A stretch of DNA of 64,000 bases from an uncultured delta proteobacterium. Lineage in GTDB: Bacteria; Myxococcota_A; Polyangia; Palsa-1104. The notes under the pieces are model-generated. The model was not told the DNA's origin. It did not search any database and was given only the letters and a program-made list of their open reading frames with translations. Position 1 is the stretch's first letter; each line of letters opens with the position of its first letter. The stretch lies in assembly GCA_963785725.1 (NCBI GenBank), contig CAWAWS010000003.1, forward strand, positions 384,001-448,000, in the 5' to 3' direction. Both the position numbers and the translations under genes were made by a program. Shown piece by piece: positions 53,958-64,000 of this stretch.

Positions 53958-54094
53958 ACTGAACATAGGGGCGGATCAGTTTCACTCCGCCGGATTGGAT
54001 CAGGCCCGTCCGTTCAATCCGAGGAGCTGCGCTCAATCGTGTGAAGAGTCTTCGCTCAATGAGCTGACCTTGTGAATAGGAGTGCGACCTCCAG

Positions 54095-54478
54095 TCAAGA
54101 AAGTAGGCTTCTAACCCTTTCAAGAACCGATGAAGGATAGCCAACCCAGACCATGAAGATCGGCACCTGAAGGAAAGAAAACTCCAGATGCCCCGCCTTT
54201 CCAGTCTTTTGTCGCGACGAAGCAGCCGACGGTGATCAGGGAGTGTGCAATCAAGAACGTTCCACCAAGCCTGAATGTTTGCGGCAGCAGCAGCAGCACT
54301 CCACCCACGCCCAACAGAAGAGACAAAACCTGGATGCCGAGCGCGAGACATGTTTGCTTTGTTGTAGACCAAGGCCGCCTCGGGGCGCACGGCTCCATTG
54401 ATTGCGTAGTAGATGGAGGCCGCGGAGCTGAGCAGCATCGAGCACGGCGACTAGCGTCTTCGTTATCGGAAGGTTCAT
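54095..54478 (-). pseudogene. Small membrane protein (DoxX-like), multiple frameshifts
   Basis: Hydrophobic segments in successive frames (MNLPITKTLVAVL / GVGGVLLLLPQTFRLG / VPIFMVWVGYP); ATGA overlap with the upstream gene. Confidence 0.55.
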
Positions 54479-55092
54479 CGCTCGTACGTCCCGTCGAGAC
54501 GGCCGCGCGCGAGGACGATGCCCGGCCATCGCCTTCGCCAGCTGCGCTCGGGAGAGCGAAGCACGATCTCCCGGCAACGGCGCCGCGAGCGCGAAGAGCT
54601 GAAACACGTAGGTATGAGGTCCATGGTCGGGTACTGGAGTCGGCCCTCGATAGCCCCGCCCGCCGAACGTGCCCTTGCCGAACACGCCCGGATGCTGCCG
54701 CCCTTTGGCCGAGCACGCCCTCGGACGAGCCGAGTGACCTCGGGCGGGATCGCGGTCACGACGGTGTGGACGAACGGGCGCGGAAGCGGCGCGTCCGCGT
54801 CTTCGATCACCAGCGCGAGCTCGACCGTGCCGCGCGGGATGTTCCTCCACGCCAGCGGTGGCGACAGGTTCTCTCCCACGCCTTCGCCGGCGTGACGGCG
54901 CGGGATCGATGCGCCGCTCTCGAAGGCATCGCTCATGATCTCGATGCTGGCGGGGGCATCCTTGCCTGCCTCGCTGTTCCAGAGCAGGCCGCGCTCGCCA
55001 GCGCGTACGCCGCGCAGCATGCGTCCGACGAAGCTCACGGGCCTCCGCCGGAAGCGAAGCGCGGGTCTTCGTCGCGACCAGGCTCCGGTCAC
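54475..55092 (-). pseudogene. YbhB/YbcL (PEBP) family protein, frameshifted
   Basis: NLSPPLAW, EDADAP..FVH in one frame; YRGPTP..HGPHTYVFQLFAL in another. Confidence 0.8.
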
Positions 55093-56149
55093 GTCGCGTC
55101 GTCGCTGCGAAGAACGGACGAATCTGATCCACGGCTTCCGTCACGTAGGGTTCGAGATCGTAGAGGTCGAAGTGACCCGCCTTCGCGATGAGGTGGAACT
55201 TCTTGGGGCCCTTCTTGTCCGCGTACAGCTTCTCCCCATCCGCCCGCGCATAGTCTCGCTGGGACGTGATGACCAGCAGCGGAATGGACTCGAGCCGAGG
55301 CAACGCTTCGGCGACGTCGTAGGCCGCCATCTTCTCGGCGGACCAGATCAGGAAGTCCTGTCTTCCGGTTGGGGTGCAGACCGCGATTCGGATCCTCGTA
55401 GTAGTCGATGGCCTTCAGCATGTCGCGGTACTTCGGGCTGAGCGACGCGATGGCGCGAGTGAGCGTCGAGATCTTCGGCATGAACGTCAGGTGCTTCGGC
55501 GGCTGTCCTCGCTCATAGGCCAGTCGCGGCCGCACGCGCTTCCGCGAGGACCTTCTCTCCCTTCCCATAGAGCCCGCCGAAGCCGGACGCGACCTGCTCT
55601 TTGACGGCGGTGTGCGGGACGATGCTCGCCAGGACCTTGATGCGTGGATCCGAAGCAGCTGCGAGCGGAAGGTATCCACCGCCGCCGCAGACGCCGACGC
55701 CGCCGATGCAGCTCTCGGATCGACCTGCGGCAGGCTGACAGGTAGGTGACTGCGCTCTTGGCGTCCTCCGCCTTCATGAACGGGTCTTCGTTGAGTCGTG
55801 GCTCACCCTCGCTCTCGCCGAAGGACGTGTGGTCGAACGCGATGGCCACGTAGCCGAGCTCGGCCATGCGGCGCGCGTAAACGCTCGCCGCCTGCTCCTT
55901 CACCGAGAACATCGGGCCGACGACGACGACGCCCGGACGGCGCGCGGCGGCACGCTCGCTCTCGGGCTCGAAGAGGAGCCCGGCAAGCCGCGCGTGACTC
56001 GCTGGATTGACGAAGCTCACCTTGGTGACCTTCACCGCTGGCCCTTTCGCCTTCCACTCGGGCGAGTGGTTCGACATCACGCGAGCCTTCCGTTCGGTCT
56101 TCCGTCCAAGGCGGGAAGTGCTGTCGGTCATGAGTCCGTTGTTTTCCAT
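55089..56149 (-). pseudogene. Alpha/beta hydrolase, multiple frameshifts
   Basis: VKEQ, FGESEGEPR, GVCGGGGY, PLLVI and AGHFDLYD spread over frames. Confidence 0.8.
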
Positions 56150-56200
56150 GTCGAACCTCCTGAAAAATAATTTACGTCACTTGGTGCCATTTGTCAACGA

Positions 56201-56215
56201 GTGTCATCTTGACAC
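56201..56215. promoter_or_regulatory. Putative TetR operator
   Basis: Dyad GTGTCA-tct-TGACAC in the divergent tetR/hydrolase spacer. Confidence 0.55.
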
Positions 56216-56243
56216 CTGCTGACACGTGTCGCATGCTTGGGTT

Positions 56244-56834
56244 ATGCACGATGCTGAGAACGGGCTCCGCGCCAGGAAGCGCCGTGAGCTCAAGGAGGAG
56301 TTGTCCCGCCAAGGAATGCAGCTCTTCGTTCAGAACGGATTCGATCAGACGACGATTGAGCAGATCGTCGACCCGCTCGGTGTCTCGAAGCGGACTTTCT
56401 TTCGCTACTTCCCGACCAAGGAAGACCTGCTCTTCGCCTGGTACGAGGAGCTGACGGGCGCGCTCGTGGAGACGCTGCAATCACGCCCGAGGGACGAGGA
56501 GCCTTTCGCGGCGGTCTGCCAGACCTTGCTCTCCTTGCTGCGCTACTACGACGGCGATCCCAAGTGGGCGCTTGCGATGGTTCGTCTCGCCAAGCAGACC
56601 CCTGCTCTCACCGGGAAGAGCTATGAGAAGCGATCCATGTGGGAGGCAGCGCTCGCCACGGCCCTCTCGCCTCGCCTATCCAAGAGCGCAACGCGCGAGC
56701 TGCGGGCTAGGGTGATCGTCGGTTCGGCGATGGCCGCATTCAGCTACGGCGTCGATGCTTGGGCGGAGGCAGACGCGAAGGGGGATCTCCGCCGGTACAT
56801 CGACCTCGCGTTCTCCTTCGCGAAAGACCTCTGA
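56244..56834 (+). CDS. TetR family regulator
   Basis: GLRARKRR..GFDQTTIEQI..GVSKRTFFRYFPTKEDL. Confidence 0.94.
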   Translation: MHDAENGLRARKRRELKEELSRQGMQLFVQNGFDQTTIEQIVDPLGVSKRTFFRYFPTKEDLLFAWYEELTGALVETLQSRPRDEEPFAAVCQTLLSLLRYYDGDPKWALAMVRLAKQTPALTGKSYEKRSMWEAALATALSPRLSKSATRELRARVIVGSAMAAFSYGVDAWAEADAKGDLRRYIDLAFSFAKDL

Positions 56835-56871
56835 CATTTCGACGCGGCGACTCACGGTCCGACGGCGGCGA

Positions 56872-56988
56872 ATGCGTAAGCGCGCACCGACGGCACCGGC
56901 TTCCGCCGACGCTGCGCCGACTCCCGCGCCCGCTGTCCCTTCACCCGCTCGCGCCAAAAGAAGGCCGCAAAGGGTAAGATCGGCAACC
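56872..56988. repeat. Direct repeat copy 2
   Basis: Matches 53842..53957; contains GTAAGCGCGCACCGAC, an IS66-like terminus. Confidence 0.9.
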
Positions 56989-57187
56989 GCGTTCGACGAA
57001 CAGCGTCGTGACCAGCCTGGAATGAAGCGCTATCTGATGCGGGCATGGAGCGACGGTTCCGCGAGAAATCTGGTTCGACCGAGTCGCGCGCTAGCGTGAG
57101 AGCGGCGGGAATCCTTCTGCGTCGGCATCGCGGCGTGGCGCTCGTTATCAAAACCGCCAGCCCAATGCCTCACCGAGCAGTCGCCCC

Positions 57188-57868
57188 TCAGCTGAAGGCG
57201 CTCGCATCGTTGGACAGGAGCAGCGGGTGCGACTCGGTCCCCTGAAGGACCACGAGTGTCGGCGCGTCGCGATAGCCCCGAGCCGCTTCGGGGTTGGGCA
57301 ACCGCCGCGCGAGCCCGCCAACGGCGGTGCGCCCGCCGGCGATGACAACGGCCTCGTGCGCGCGATACTCAACTCCAGAGACGAGGCCTTCGGCTGGCCG
57401 ACCCCGGTCGGCCAGGAGTCGCTCGAGATCTTCACGGGCAGCGGCGAAAGAAGGCAGCCGCGCATTTCGGTCGGGCCGAAGGGACGGAACGTCACCAGCG
57501 CCGATTCGCACGAGCGCCACGTCGCTTTCGTCGCGCAGCAGGAAGTCGACCCCGCGCCTCTCCTCGATGATCGCGTGCCAATTGCTGCCAGCTGGCGTGG
57601 CTCGATACTGCTCGACGACGAGCGAGTAGTAGACGCAGGCACGCCGCGACAGCGGCGCTTCGACGGTGCCGCCACGCTCCGCCACCACGTCGCCCACGAT
57701 CTTGACGATGCGGCCGTCCTTGACGCGCGCGATGGTCGTGGCCGGCATGGCGCGCAGCGCGCGGCCCGCCCGCCGTTCCGGTTGGCGGTACAGGTACTCG
57801 AGCCGCCCGCCCAAGCCGAGGACGAAGGCGGTGCCGACGATGTATAGAGGCCACAAGTCAGACCACAC
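57188..57868 (-). CDS. Membrane-anchored hypothetical protein (GIDE-like)
   Basis: N-terminal TM; VKIVG..APLSRRACVYY..FLLRDES..LLLSND. Confidence 0.7.
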   Translation of the reverse strand: MWSDLWPLYIVGTAFVLGLGGRLEYLYRQPERRAGRALRAMPATTIARVKDGRIVKIVGDVVAERGGTVEAPLSRRACVYYSLVVEQYRATPAGSNWHAIIEERRGVDFLLRDESDVALVRIGAGDVPSLRPDRNARLPSFAAAREDLERLLADRGRPAEGLVSGVEYRAHEAVVIAGGRTAVGGLARRLPNPEAARGYRDAPTLVVLQGTESHPLLLSNDASAFS

Positions 57869-58362
57869 CGCACCAGTGTATCCGCGTTCCGCGGCCACGA
57901 AATGAGAAACGTATCGTAAGCGTTCGATCAACAGCGTCCTGACTGCGGTGGAGCGAGGGGATGCCGCTCCATCAACACGTCGCTATTCCGCAACGGGCGT
58001 CCTAGCGCCGTGGCGATCGCCAGGACAGCTTCTAACGCGCCTCGTAGGTGGCGTGTCGAGCCGTCGCTGGTGCGCTGTCAGGCTGGCTTTCGGGAGCTGG
58101 CCAGTCCATCGACCGCCGCGTCGTGATACCGCTGTATCGAAACTTCCTGCGCGCATCTCGAACGCGAAACGTCCAGCGTATGCGGCGACGTCGACAGCGC
58201 AGCAATGTGCTCGGCGACGAGCGTAGCGCCGCTGGTGCCGTTGCGCAGCCGTCGATGCGCAGACAGCGTCGGCGTTGGATTGCGACGGCGCCGACGCGAC
58301 CGCGACCAAGTTAGAGAGCGCTTGCTCCAATCGATCGCCGGCCTAAGCACCTCGTAGATCTG

Positions 58363-59445
58363 CTAAGGCCAAGGATGCAGCACGATGCGACCCGCGAGAT
58401 TGCCGGCCTCCTGAGTCGCATGGGCCTGGGCCGCTTCCGCGAGCGGAAAAACCCGATCGATGGGGACGCGTAGGACGCCGCGATTCATCAGTTCCCAGAC
58501 CGCCAATTGGTCGGCAGGCGTCCCGCCGCGCACGGCTCTGACGGTGAGCTCAGACCGGTTCATGTCATCGCCCGTGAGCGGCAACGGCGCCGCGCCACCG
58601 AACGTGAGACACAGCGTTCCGCCTAGCCGCATGGCTTCGCAGCACAAGCGAACCATCTCTTTGTTGCCAGTGTAGTCCACTGCACCATCGACACCGCGGC
58701 CGCCTGTCAGGTCCAGCACGGCGCGCAGGTCGTCGCCTCCGGTTATCACGACGTGGTCGGCACCCGAGCTTTGGAGCGCCTGCGTTTTCTTGGCATCACG
58801 CGTGGTCGCGATGGTGACCGCGCCGGCCAGCTTCGCAAGGCTCAACGTGGCGAAGCCCATCCCGCCCGTTGCGCCGGTGACCAGGACTGCGTCGCCCAAT
58901 TTGACGGCGAGCCTCGTGCTGACGACCCGATGCGACGTCGTTGCAGCCCACATGACGCACGCGGCGTCATCGAAGCTGATGCGATCGGCGAGCGGGAGCC
59001 AATAGCTTTCGGGACGCGAAACGAACTGGGCATACGCGCCGAACATGGAATGGCCGGGGATATCCACGCCCGACGAAAGATTCCCGAGGCCACGGATGGT
59101 CTCGATCGAGTCGGGGTTTGCGGGATGCGTCTTGCCCACTACTCTGTCGCCAGGTTTGAACGTCGTTACCGAAGCGCCCACCGCTTCGACGACGCCCGCG
59201 CAATCGCGACCGAGCTGCATCGGCATGGGAAACGCTTTGCGACCGGGCAACGCGACCTTGGCTTCGACGTTGCCGCGATGGAGCAATCCCATCCGGTACT
59301 TGATGTCGAACCCGGACACCGACGTCGCTTCCACCTTCACCAGGACGTCGCTCGGACCCACCTCGGGCATCGGGTAATCCGCAATCTTCAGAACTTCCGG
59401 CCCACCGAACTCATGAATCCGCACCGCTTTCATGCTCTTCTGCAC
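58363..59445 (-). CDS. MDR family (quinone oxidoreductase-like) dehydrogenase
   Basis: MKAVRIHEFGGPEVL, LGRDCAGVV, VTGATGGMG, GRIVL. Confidence 0.92.
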   Translation of the reverse strand: MQKSMKAVRIHEFGGPEVLKIADYPMPEVGPSDVLVKVEATSVSGFDIKYRMGLLHRGNVEAKVALPGRKAFPMPMQLGRDCAGVVEAVGASVTTFKPGDRVVGKTHPANPDSIETIRGLGNLSSGVDIPGHSMFGAYAQFVSRPESYWLPLADRISFDDAACVMWAATTSHRVVSTRLAVKLGDAVLVTGATGGMGFATLSLAKLAGAVTIATTRDAKKTQALQSSGADHVVITGGDDLRAVLDLTGGRGVDGAVDYTGNKEMVRLCCEAMRLGGTLCLTFGGAAPLPLTGDDMNRSELTVRAVRGGTPADQLAVWELMNRGVLRVPIDRVFPLAEAAQAHATQEAGNLAGRIVLHPWP

Positions 59446-59634
59446 GGGTTACCCTCCGACCGAGTTTGGATGCGTCGATCTGAAGCGGACGTACCGAGTC
59501 TGTCAGCGTATCGTAAGTTGCGAGCGAGGTGCCTGTGAAGCCGATTCATAGTTCGTGACCCGACGAGAACAGGCGCGCGACGGCACCTCACCTTCTCTAC
59601 CCGCGGGCAAGTAGCTCATGCACGCGGCCGCTAC

Positions 59635-59712
59635 CGCGAAGTCGGTCCGAGTCCAGGCCGGCCTGCTCAGCGAATTCATTCGCGCTCAGACCGGCGTCAC
59701 CCCAGCGCTCGC
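59635..59712 (-). mobile_element. Second IS66 tnpA-like N-terminal remnant
   Basis: ERWGDAGLSANEFAEQAGLDSDRLR resembles the WxxSGLSxxEFA helix-turn-helix. Confidence 0.45.
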
Positions 59713-60195
59713 CCCCCTTGATCACGCTTCTTATGGCGTTCGTTCCCTCCGGCGAGTTCATCTTCTCTCGCTCCACCGCTGGCACGACGCTGTTTGTCGA
59801 ACGCGTACACATGAATCGCATGACGGCGAGAGTTGGAAAGCCGGCTCGACTCACTTCCTCCGAAGTCATTTTCGACCGAAGACACAGGGCTTATCTACCG
59901 CCTGTCGTTCTCGGGGATGGAGGTTGCGTCGGAATCACGCGCGGCGCGAGCGCTAAGGAGCTGCTGGCGCCGGCGGCGCGTTCCGATTCTCGCCGGCCAG
60001 CCTCTTCGCGACGTCGAGCGCTCGCTCGGCGGGGGCCTCCACGTACTCGACGCTGAGGTGACCGTCGGGATTGACGTCGTGCAGTTGAACGGCGATAGGT
60101 TTCTCAAGATCGTTCCAGCCGGCGGTCCCAGCATTGGGAACCCTCGGCACCAGTCGTTGTCTGGTAGGATCGGAGGAACCCCAATGGCGCGAGCA

Positions 60196-60681
60196 ATGGG
60201 TAAGCTTCGGGCAGACCGATGCGCTGCGGCGATCGCGCTGCTCGTGGCGCTGAATGCGTTTGCCGACGTCAGCGTGCCCGCGCCGGCAGCGAAGGCGGCT
60301 AAAGGAATCATCTTGACGGGAAAGCAGGCGAGCGCCTGTTTAGGGGATCACGAGAAATACGTGACGCCGCGGGCATCAGACGTACAGCGGCTCGAGTCGT
60401 CCTTGGAACCCGCTCTCGCCGACGCCGCGGCAACTCACAAGAATGGCTACCTGCGGCAGGGCGCAGCCAGAGTCTTGACGCGAATCGGGAAGGACGTCCG
60501 CTTCTACGTCGGCACAGCCGATGGCTATATCCACGTCTACGGATATTGCCCTTTTCTCTTCGAACACGCGTCGCGGACGTGTCCCCCGGATGTATCCGAC
60601 GGCGGCTCGTGCATCTGGCGTATCCGCTTCGACGTCAAGCGCGGCACCTTCGACGAATTCGGGACGAATGGAGAGGCGTGA
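60196..60681 (+). CDS. Secreted hypothetical protein
   Basis: Signal peptide (AFA-D); VSDGGSCIWRIRFD..TNGEA. Confidence 0.7.
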   Translation: MGKLRADRCAAAIALLVALNAFADVSVPAPAAKAAKGIILTGKQASACLGDHEKYVTPRASDVQRLESSLEPALADAAATHKNGYLRQGAARVLTRIGKDVRFYVGTADGYIHVYGYCPFLFEHASRTCPPDVSDGGSCIWRIRFDVKRGTFDEFGTNGEA

Positions 60682-61071
60682 TAGCCGGCTGGTCATCGCG
60701 GCCGGAACCACTCAAAACTCAACGAAGCCCTCCGTGAGATGGGCTACGAGACGGCGCACTGTTACATGTTTCGTGTAGCGCTCGAATCCGGGAAAACCAC
60801 CGAACCGAAAGCACAGCGCGCTGCCTCGACGAGGGCGATCATGACCCGGCGGAAGGGTGGTCGTTGGACCTCGCGCCGGATTCTCTACACAAAGCGAATA
60901 TCAGTGGCAGCGCGCCATCTGGCACGACGATCGCGGTCGCGTCGAGGAGCTGCTGCGTATGCGAGCAGGCGGCGCTCTGTTGCCACGACGCGGGCGCCAG
61001 CTTCAGGACGCGCCGTTGCGGCCAATTTGAATTAGCCGGGAGAGCGGCTAACCGCTTGGACCGCCGGAGCG

Positions 61072-61608
61072 TCAATACGAGAAGGTATCGTCGTCGTGCA
61101 CGTCCGATAAGATCGCGATGCTCTTGCCGGTGACCGTGACGGAGGACTGGGCGCTGACGGTCTCGCTCGTCGTCGCGGCGGTGCAGCGCTTGGTCAGCGT
61201 CATCACGGCGAGGTCGTCGATGATCGGCGACGCCGGCGAAGGCTCGAGCTCTAGTGTGCTGGCGACGCTGACGACATCGCTCGGGGTGCTGGTCCAGGTC
61301 CAGACGCCGTAGACAGCGAGGTCTGCGCCGCCGTCGACGCTGGCGTAGCTCTTGCGCGTCAGGGTCAAGTTGTCGGTCGTCTTCGGCAGCGTCAGCGTCA
61401 GCTGGTCGTGGTCGTCGAGCGCGTAATCGAAGCTGCCGTCGTCGAGATCGGCGGCACAGGTAAAGAAGCGCGCGTCGCCGCTGCCGGGGTGGGCGACGGC
61501 GAGGTCTGCGCCGCCGGCGCCCGTCGGTGTCTCGGAGCCGCCGCAACCGGCCGCGAGGATCGCGAAGAGAGGGAGCGTCGCCCGAATTGCGGATACGAAA
61601 CGTGGCAT
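61072..61608 (-). CDS. Lipoprotein, beta-rich
   Basis: AAGC lipobox; VYGVWTW; RBS gaggag. Confidence 0.75.
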   Translation of the reverse strand: MPRFVSAIRATLPLFAILAAGCGGSETPTGAGGADLAVAHPGSGDARFFTCAADLDDGSFDYALDDHDQLTLTLPKTTDNLTLTRKSYASVDGGADLAVYGVWTWTSTPSDVVSVASTLELEPSPASPIIDDLAVMTLTKRCTAATTSETVSAQSSVTVTGKSIAILSDVHDDDTFSY

Positions 61609-61822
61609 CAAAGGTTCTCCTCAGGCCATTCGGCCAGGCCGCTCGCATCAGCAATAACGGCACCAACATGCCTAATCGTGTCATTTCGCTGCCATCCGCC
61701 CACACTGTGAACGGGGCTACACGACGCCAGTGAAGACGACACCGGCGGCTCGTCGAGGAGCATCGTGAGGCAAATCACTCGCGAGCAGCGATTACGCTAC
61801 CGCCGGCGCATCTGCACGACTA

Positions 61823-62269
61823 TCAAGTGTTCGAAGAGGTCTTCTTCTTGAACGCACCGGCCAGCGCCGCCAACGGCGGCATGAGCAGCGCCGTCAATAG
61901 CGTCACCCTCACTGCCGTCTTCAGCGTCTTGCGCGGCGTGGCATTCACGACGCTCAGCTCGGGGCGCCGCGTCGAATAGAAGACGTGGACGGGTTCACCG
62001 GGTTTGATGCGCTCGCAAAGCTGGCAGCTGTAGTTCAGCCGAGTGCGGCGCTGCGGGACATCATTTGCCGTGTAGCTGTATCCGAGCCCGCCGCTTCTCC
62101 CGCAGGTACAGCGCGTCACGATGCCGCTGCTTTCCGCGTAACCGTCCTGCATGAGGCGCAACGCGACCCAGCCATCTGTAGTCATGAAGAAGACGACAAT
62201 CGCGATCGGCAAGGCTCCCCACTTGTAGACGAGCTTGGCGAGGGCCAGCCAAGATTGCAGGAACGTCAT
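61823..62269 (-). CDS. DUF3592-like membrane protein
   Basis: TM, YSYTAN, GEPVHVFYSTRRPELS, TM. Confidence 0.65.
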   Translation of the reverse strand: MTFLQSWLALAKLVYKWGALPIAIVVFFMTTDGWVALRLMQDGYAESSGIVTRCTCGRSGGLGYSYTANDVPQRRTRLNYSCQLCERIKPGEPVHVFYSTRRPELSVVNATPRKTLKTAVRVTLLTALLMPPLAALAGAFKKKTSSNT

Positions 62270-62414
62270 TGAATGGAAGTATACGATGTCCTAACGAATG
62301 AAGGATTTCCACCCGAGACGGGCGAATCGAAACGCGAATACGAATGCCATTCGCGATGTCGCTCTCGCTCACCAGCGCCGGCGCGCTGAGCTTCGCTTCT
62401 GCGGATGTGCCGGG

Positions 62415-64000
62415 CTAGCTAATCGGGATCGTGAAGTTGACCCACGCCGGCGTATGATTTCCGTCGCTGCCTGGCTGGTTCCACAAGTACAGCGCCGGAT
62501 AAGTCGTCAAGTTGCCCTGTCCGTCTACGACGATGGGCGTCACGTACAGTTGCGCTGGATTGCCCGTGGTCGCCACGTCGTTCCGTTTCGACGAGAACGT
62601 CAGCCAGTAGTACGTCGAGCCGCCAACGGTCGTCGAATTGGGCGCCCACTTCGGCCAGCTATTGGTGAGACCGGGGCTCGTCATGTTGGCGCAGCTTGGC
62701 GGGTCGTTCGCGGCCAAGCGCGTCGCCGTTCCGCCGCTCGCCGGAACCAAGAACACCTGATCGAGCGGATTCGCGACTCCGCCGGGAAGATTCGTCTCGG
62801 TCGTCGAGTCGATGCGCGTAAACGCGATCCACTTATCGTCATCCGAGTAGGTTGGGTAGAATTGATTCTTCGTCGGATCGCTGGCGCCGTTGAGTGCGGT
62901 CGATGCACCGCCCATGCGATTGTTGTACTGAACGACATGGATCTGTCCGTCCGCCATTTGGTATCCGGTCGTGTTGATGGTCCCGGTCGGATACGCGACG
63001 CTGGTGCCGGAATGACTGAATGCCGGAGCGCCGGGGAGCCGAGCGCCATCGCCAGTGTGGGGGAGCGGACTAGACGTGCCGAGGTCTAAATCGGTCCAAT
63101 AGATGTCGTAAGTCTGTCCGCCATCGAGCGACAGCATCGACAGCATCGTGCGGTCGCCCGTGGCCCAAAGCCCGCTCGAGAACGTCGGAAACTGTTGGTA
63201 GCCACGCGCAAGCTGCGATGTCGAGCTTGCCCACGCCGTCGGCGGAGGATTCACATTGCCGTCGCTGGATACGAAACGAATCTGGGCGTTGTCGCCGTTG
63301 CTGCTATCGCTCGTCCACGAGAACGCCACGTACGAGCCATCCGGCGTCGACGTGTGGCAGCCCAAGCACGCCGGCGTCGCCGGTTTTGCCGCCGTAGGCA
63401 TCACATCGTGAACGCCTTCGTCGCCAAGCGAAAAGCCGCGCAGCGCCGTGAGCGGCGGGCTCACGTTTTTGTCCGCCGTCCAATAGACGATCGAGCCGGG
63501 CGCGCTCGCAGGAGCGATCGTGAACGTCGTCGTTGCCGGCATCGACGGTCCTTCGGTCAACGCGCTACCGCTGTACGTGGCAGCGCGAATGCTGACGGTA
63601 ACCGTCTGATTTTGCGCGTGCGCCTGCAGCGCCGTCCACGACTGACTATCCAGCTTCCACGGATTCTCTGTCGTGTAGACAACGAGGTCGTTCGTCTCCG
63701 CAGCAGTATGCAGCCGAATCTCGAAGAGGTTCTGTCCCGTCGTCGCTGGCGTGAAATTGAATCTTGGACGCAGCCAATTGTTTGGAAGCAGCGCCCCGGT
63801 CTGCGGATCTAGAATGCAGGGACCGGCCGTTCCGTCGGTCGTACCGCCAAAGAGCACCGGCGCGTTCGGTGGTGTATTTCCCGTCGGATCGAGGACTGGC
63901 GTGGACGGGAAGTCGTTGCCCGGCGTAGTCGATCCCGAGCCGCCGCTCGACCCGCCGGCCGAGCCACCGCCGGCGCCGCCCCCGCCGCCGCCCGATCTCG
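62415..64000 (-). CDS. TolB/PD40-like propeller protein (5' end outside window)
   Basis: Open to the window edge; CLGCHTSTPDG, YPTYSDDDKWIAF, NSWPKWAP, WLTFSSKR, NHTPAW. Confidence 0.85.
   Translation of the reverse strand, partial: RSGGGGGGAGGGSAGGSSGGSGSTTPGNDFPSTPVLDPTGNTPPNAPVLFGGTTDGTAGPCILDPQTGALLPNNWLRPRFNFTPATTGQNLFEIRLHTAAETNDLVVYTTENPWKLDSQSWTALQAHAQNQTVTVSIRAATYSGSALTEGPSMPATTTFTIAPASAPGSIVYWTADKNVSPPLTALRGFSLGDEGVHDVMPTAAKPATPACLGCHTSTPDGSYVAFSWTSDSSNGDNAQIRFVSSDGNVNPPPTAWASSTSQLARGYQQFPTFSSGLWATGDRTMLSMLSLDGGQTYDIYWTDLDLGTSSPLPHTGDGARLPGAPAFSHSGTSVAYPTGTINTTGYQMADGQIHVVQYNNRMGGASTALNGASDPTKNQFYPTYSDDDKWIAFTRIDSTTETNLPGGVANPLDQVFLVPASGGTATRLAANDPPSCANMTSPGLTNSWPKWAPNSTTVGGSTYYWLTFSSKRNDVATTGNPAQLYVTPIVVDGQGNLTTYPALYLWNQPGSDGNHTPAWVNFTIPIS

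Noticed and set aside
59720..60180. Possible gene remnant upstream of 60196
   Set aside because: Fragmentary frames with no recognisable motif.

Overview
GC-rich bacterial DNA whose gene content suggests Myxococcota/Polyangia (inference from the TPR Ser/Thr kinase, many Cys/Gly-rich lipoproteins and DUF2378-like proteins). It is an accessory patchwork of about 50 mostly unrelated genes. Metabolic and stress genes include fumC plus malic enzyme, SDR/MDR/NmrA/GST/AhpD oxidoreductases, a P450, a U32 (RlhA-like) protein and an S9 peptidase. Regulators include LysR, MerR and TetR, and there are many secreted beta-rich lipoproteins (FN3, kelch, PQQ, FG-GAP, SBBP, TolB-like). I saw no rRNA, tRNA or CRISPR. 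Best candidates for undescribed biology: (1) an AbiEii-like nucleotidyltransferase coupled to a non-AbiEi partner with duplicated ExH motifs; (2) two copies of a TPR-anchor + variable lipoprotein module; (3) a three-copy small Cys-rich lipoprotein family; (4) a low-GC two-gene operon of unknown small proteins; (5) a PETase/cutinase-like lipoprotein; (6) a recurrent D-[LM]-[AS] lipoprotein linker motif. The 52.6-59.7 kb stretch holds IS debris: an IS3-like left end, a perfect 38-bp palindrome, IS66 tnpA remnants and a 116-bp direct repeat. Several frameshifts look like sequencing errors. All family calls come from motif recognition by eye, not database searches.
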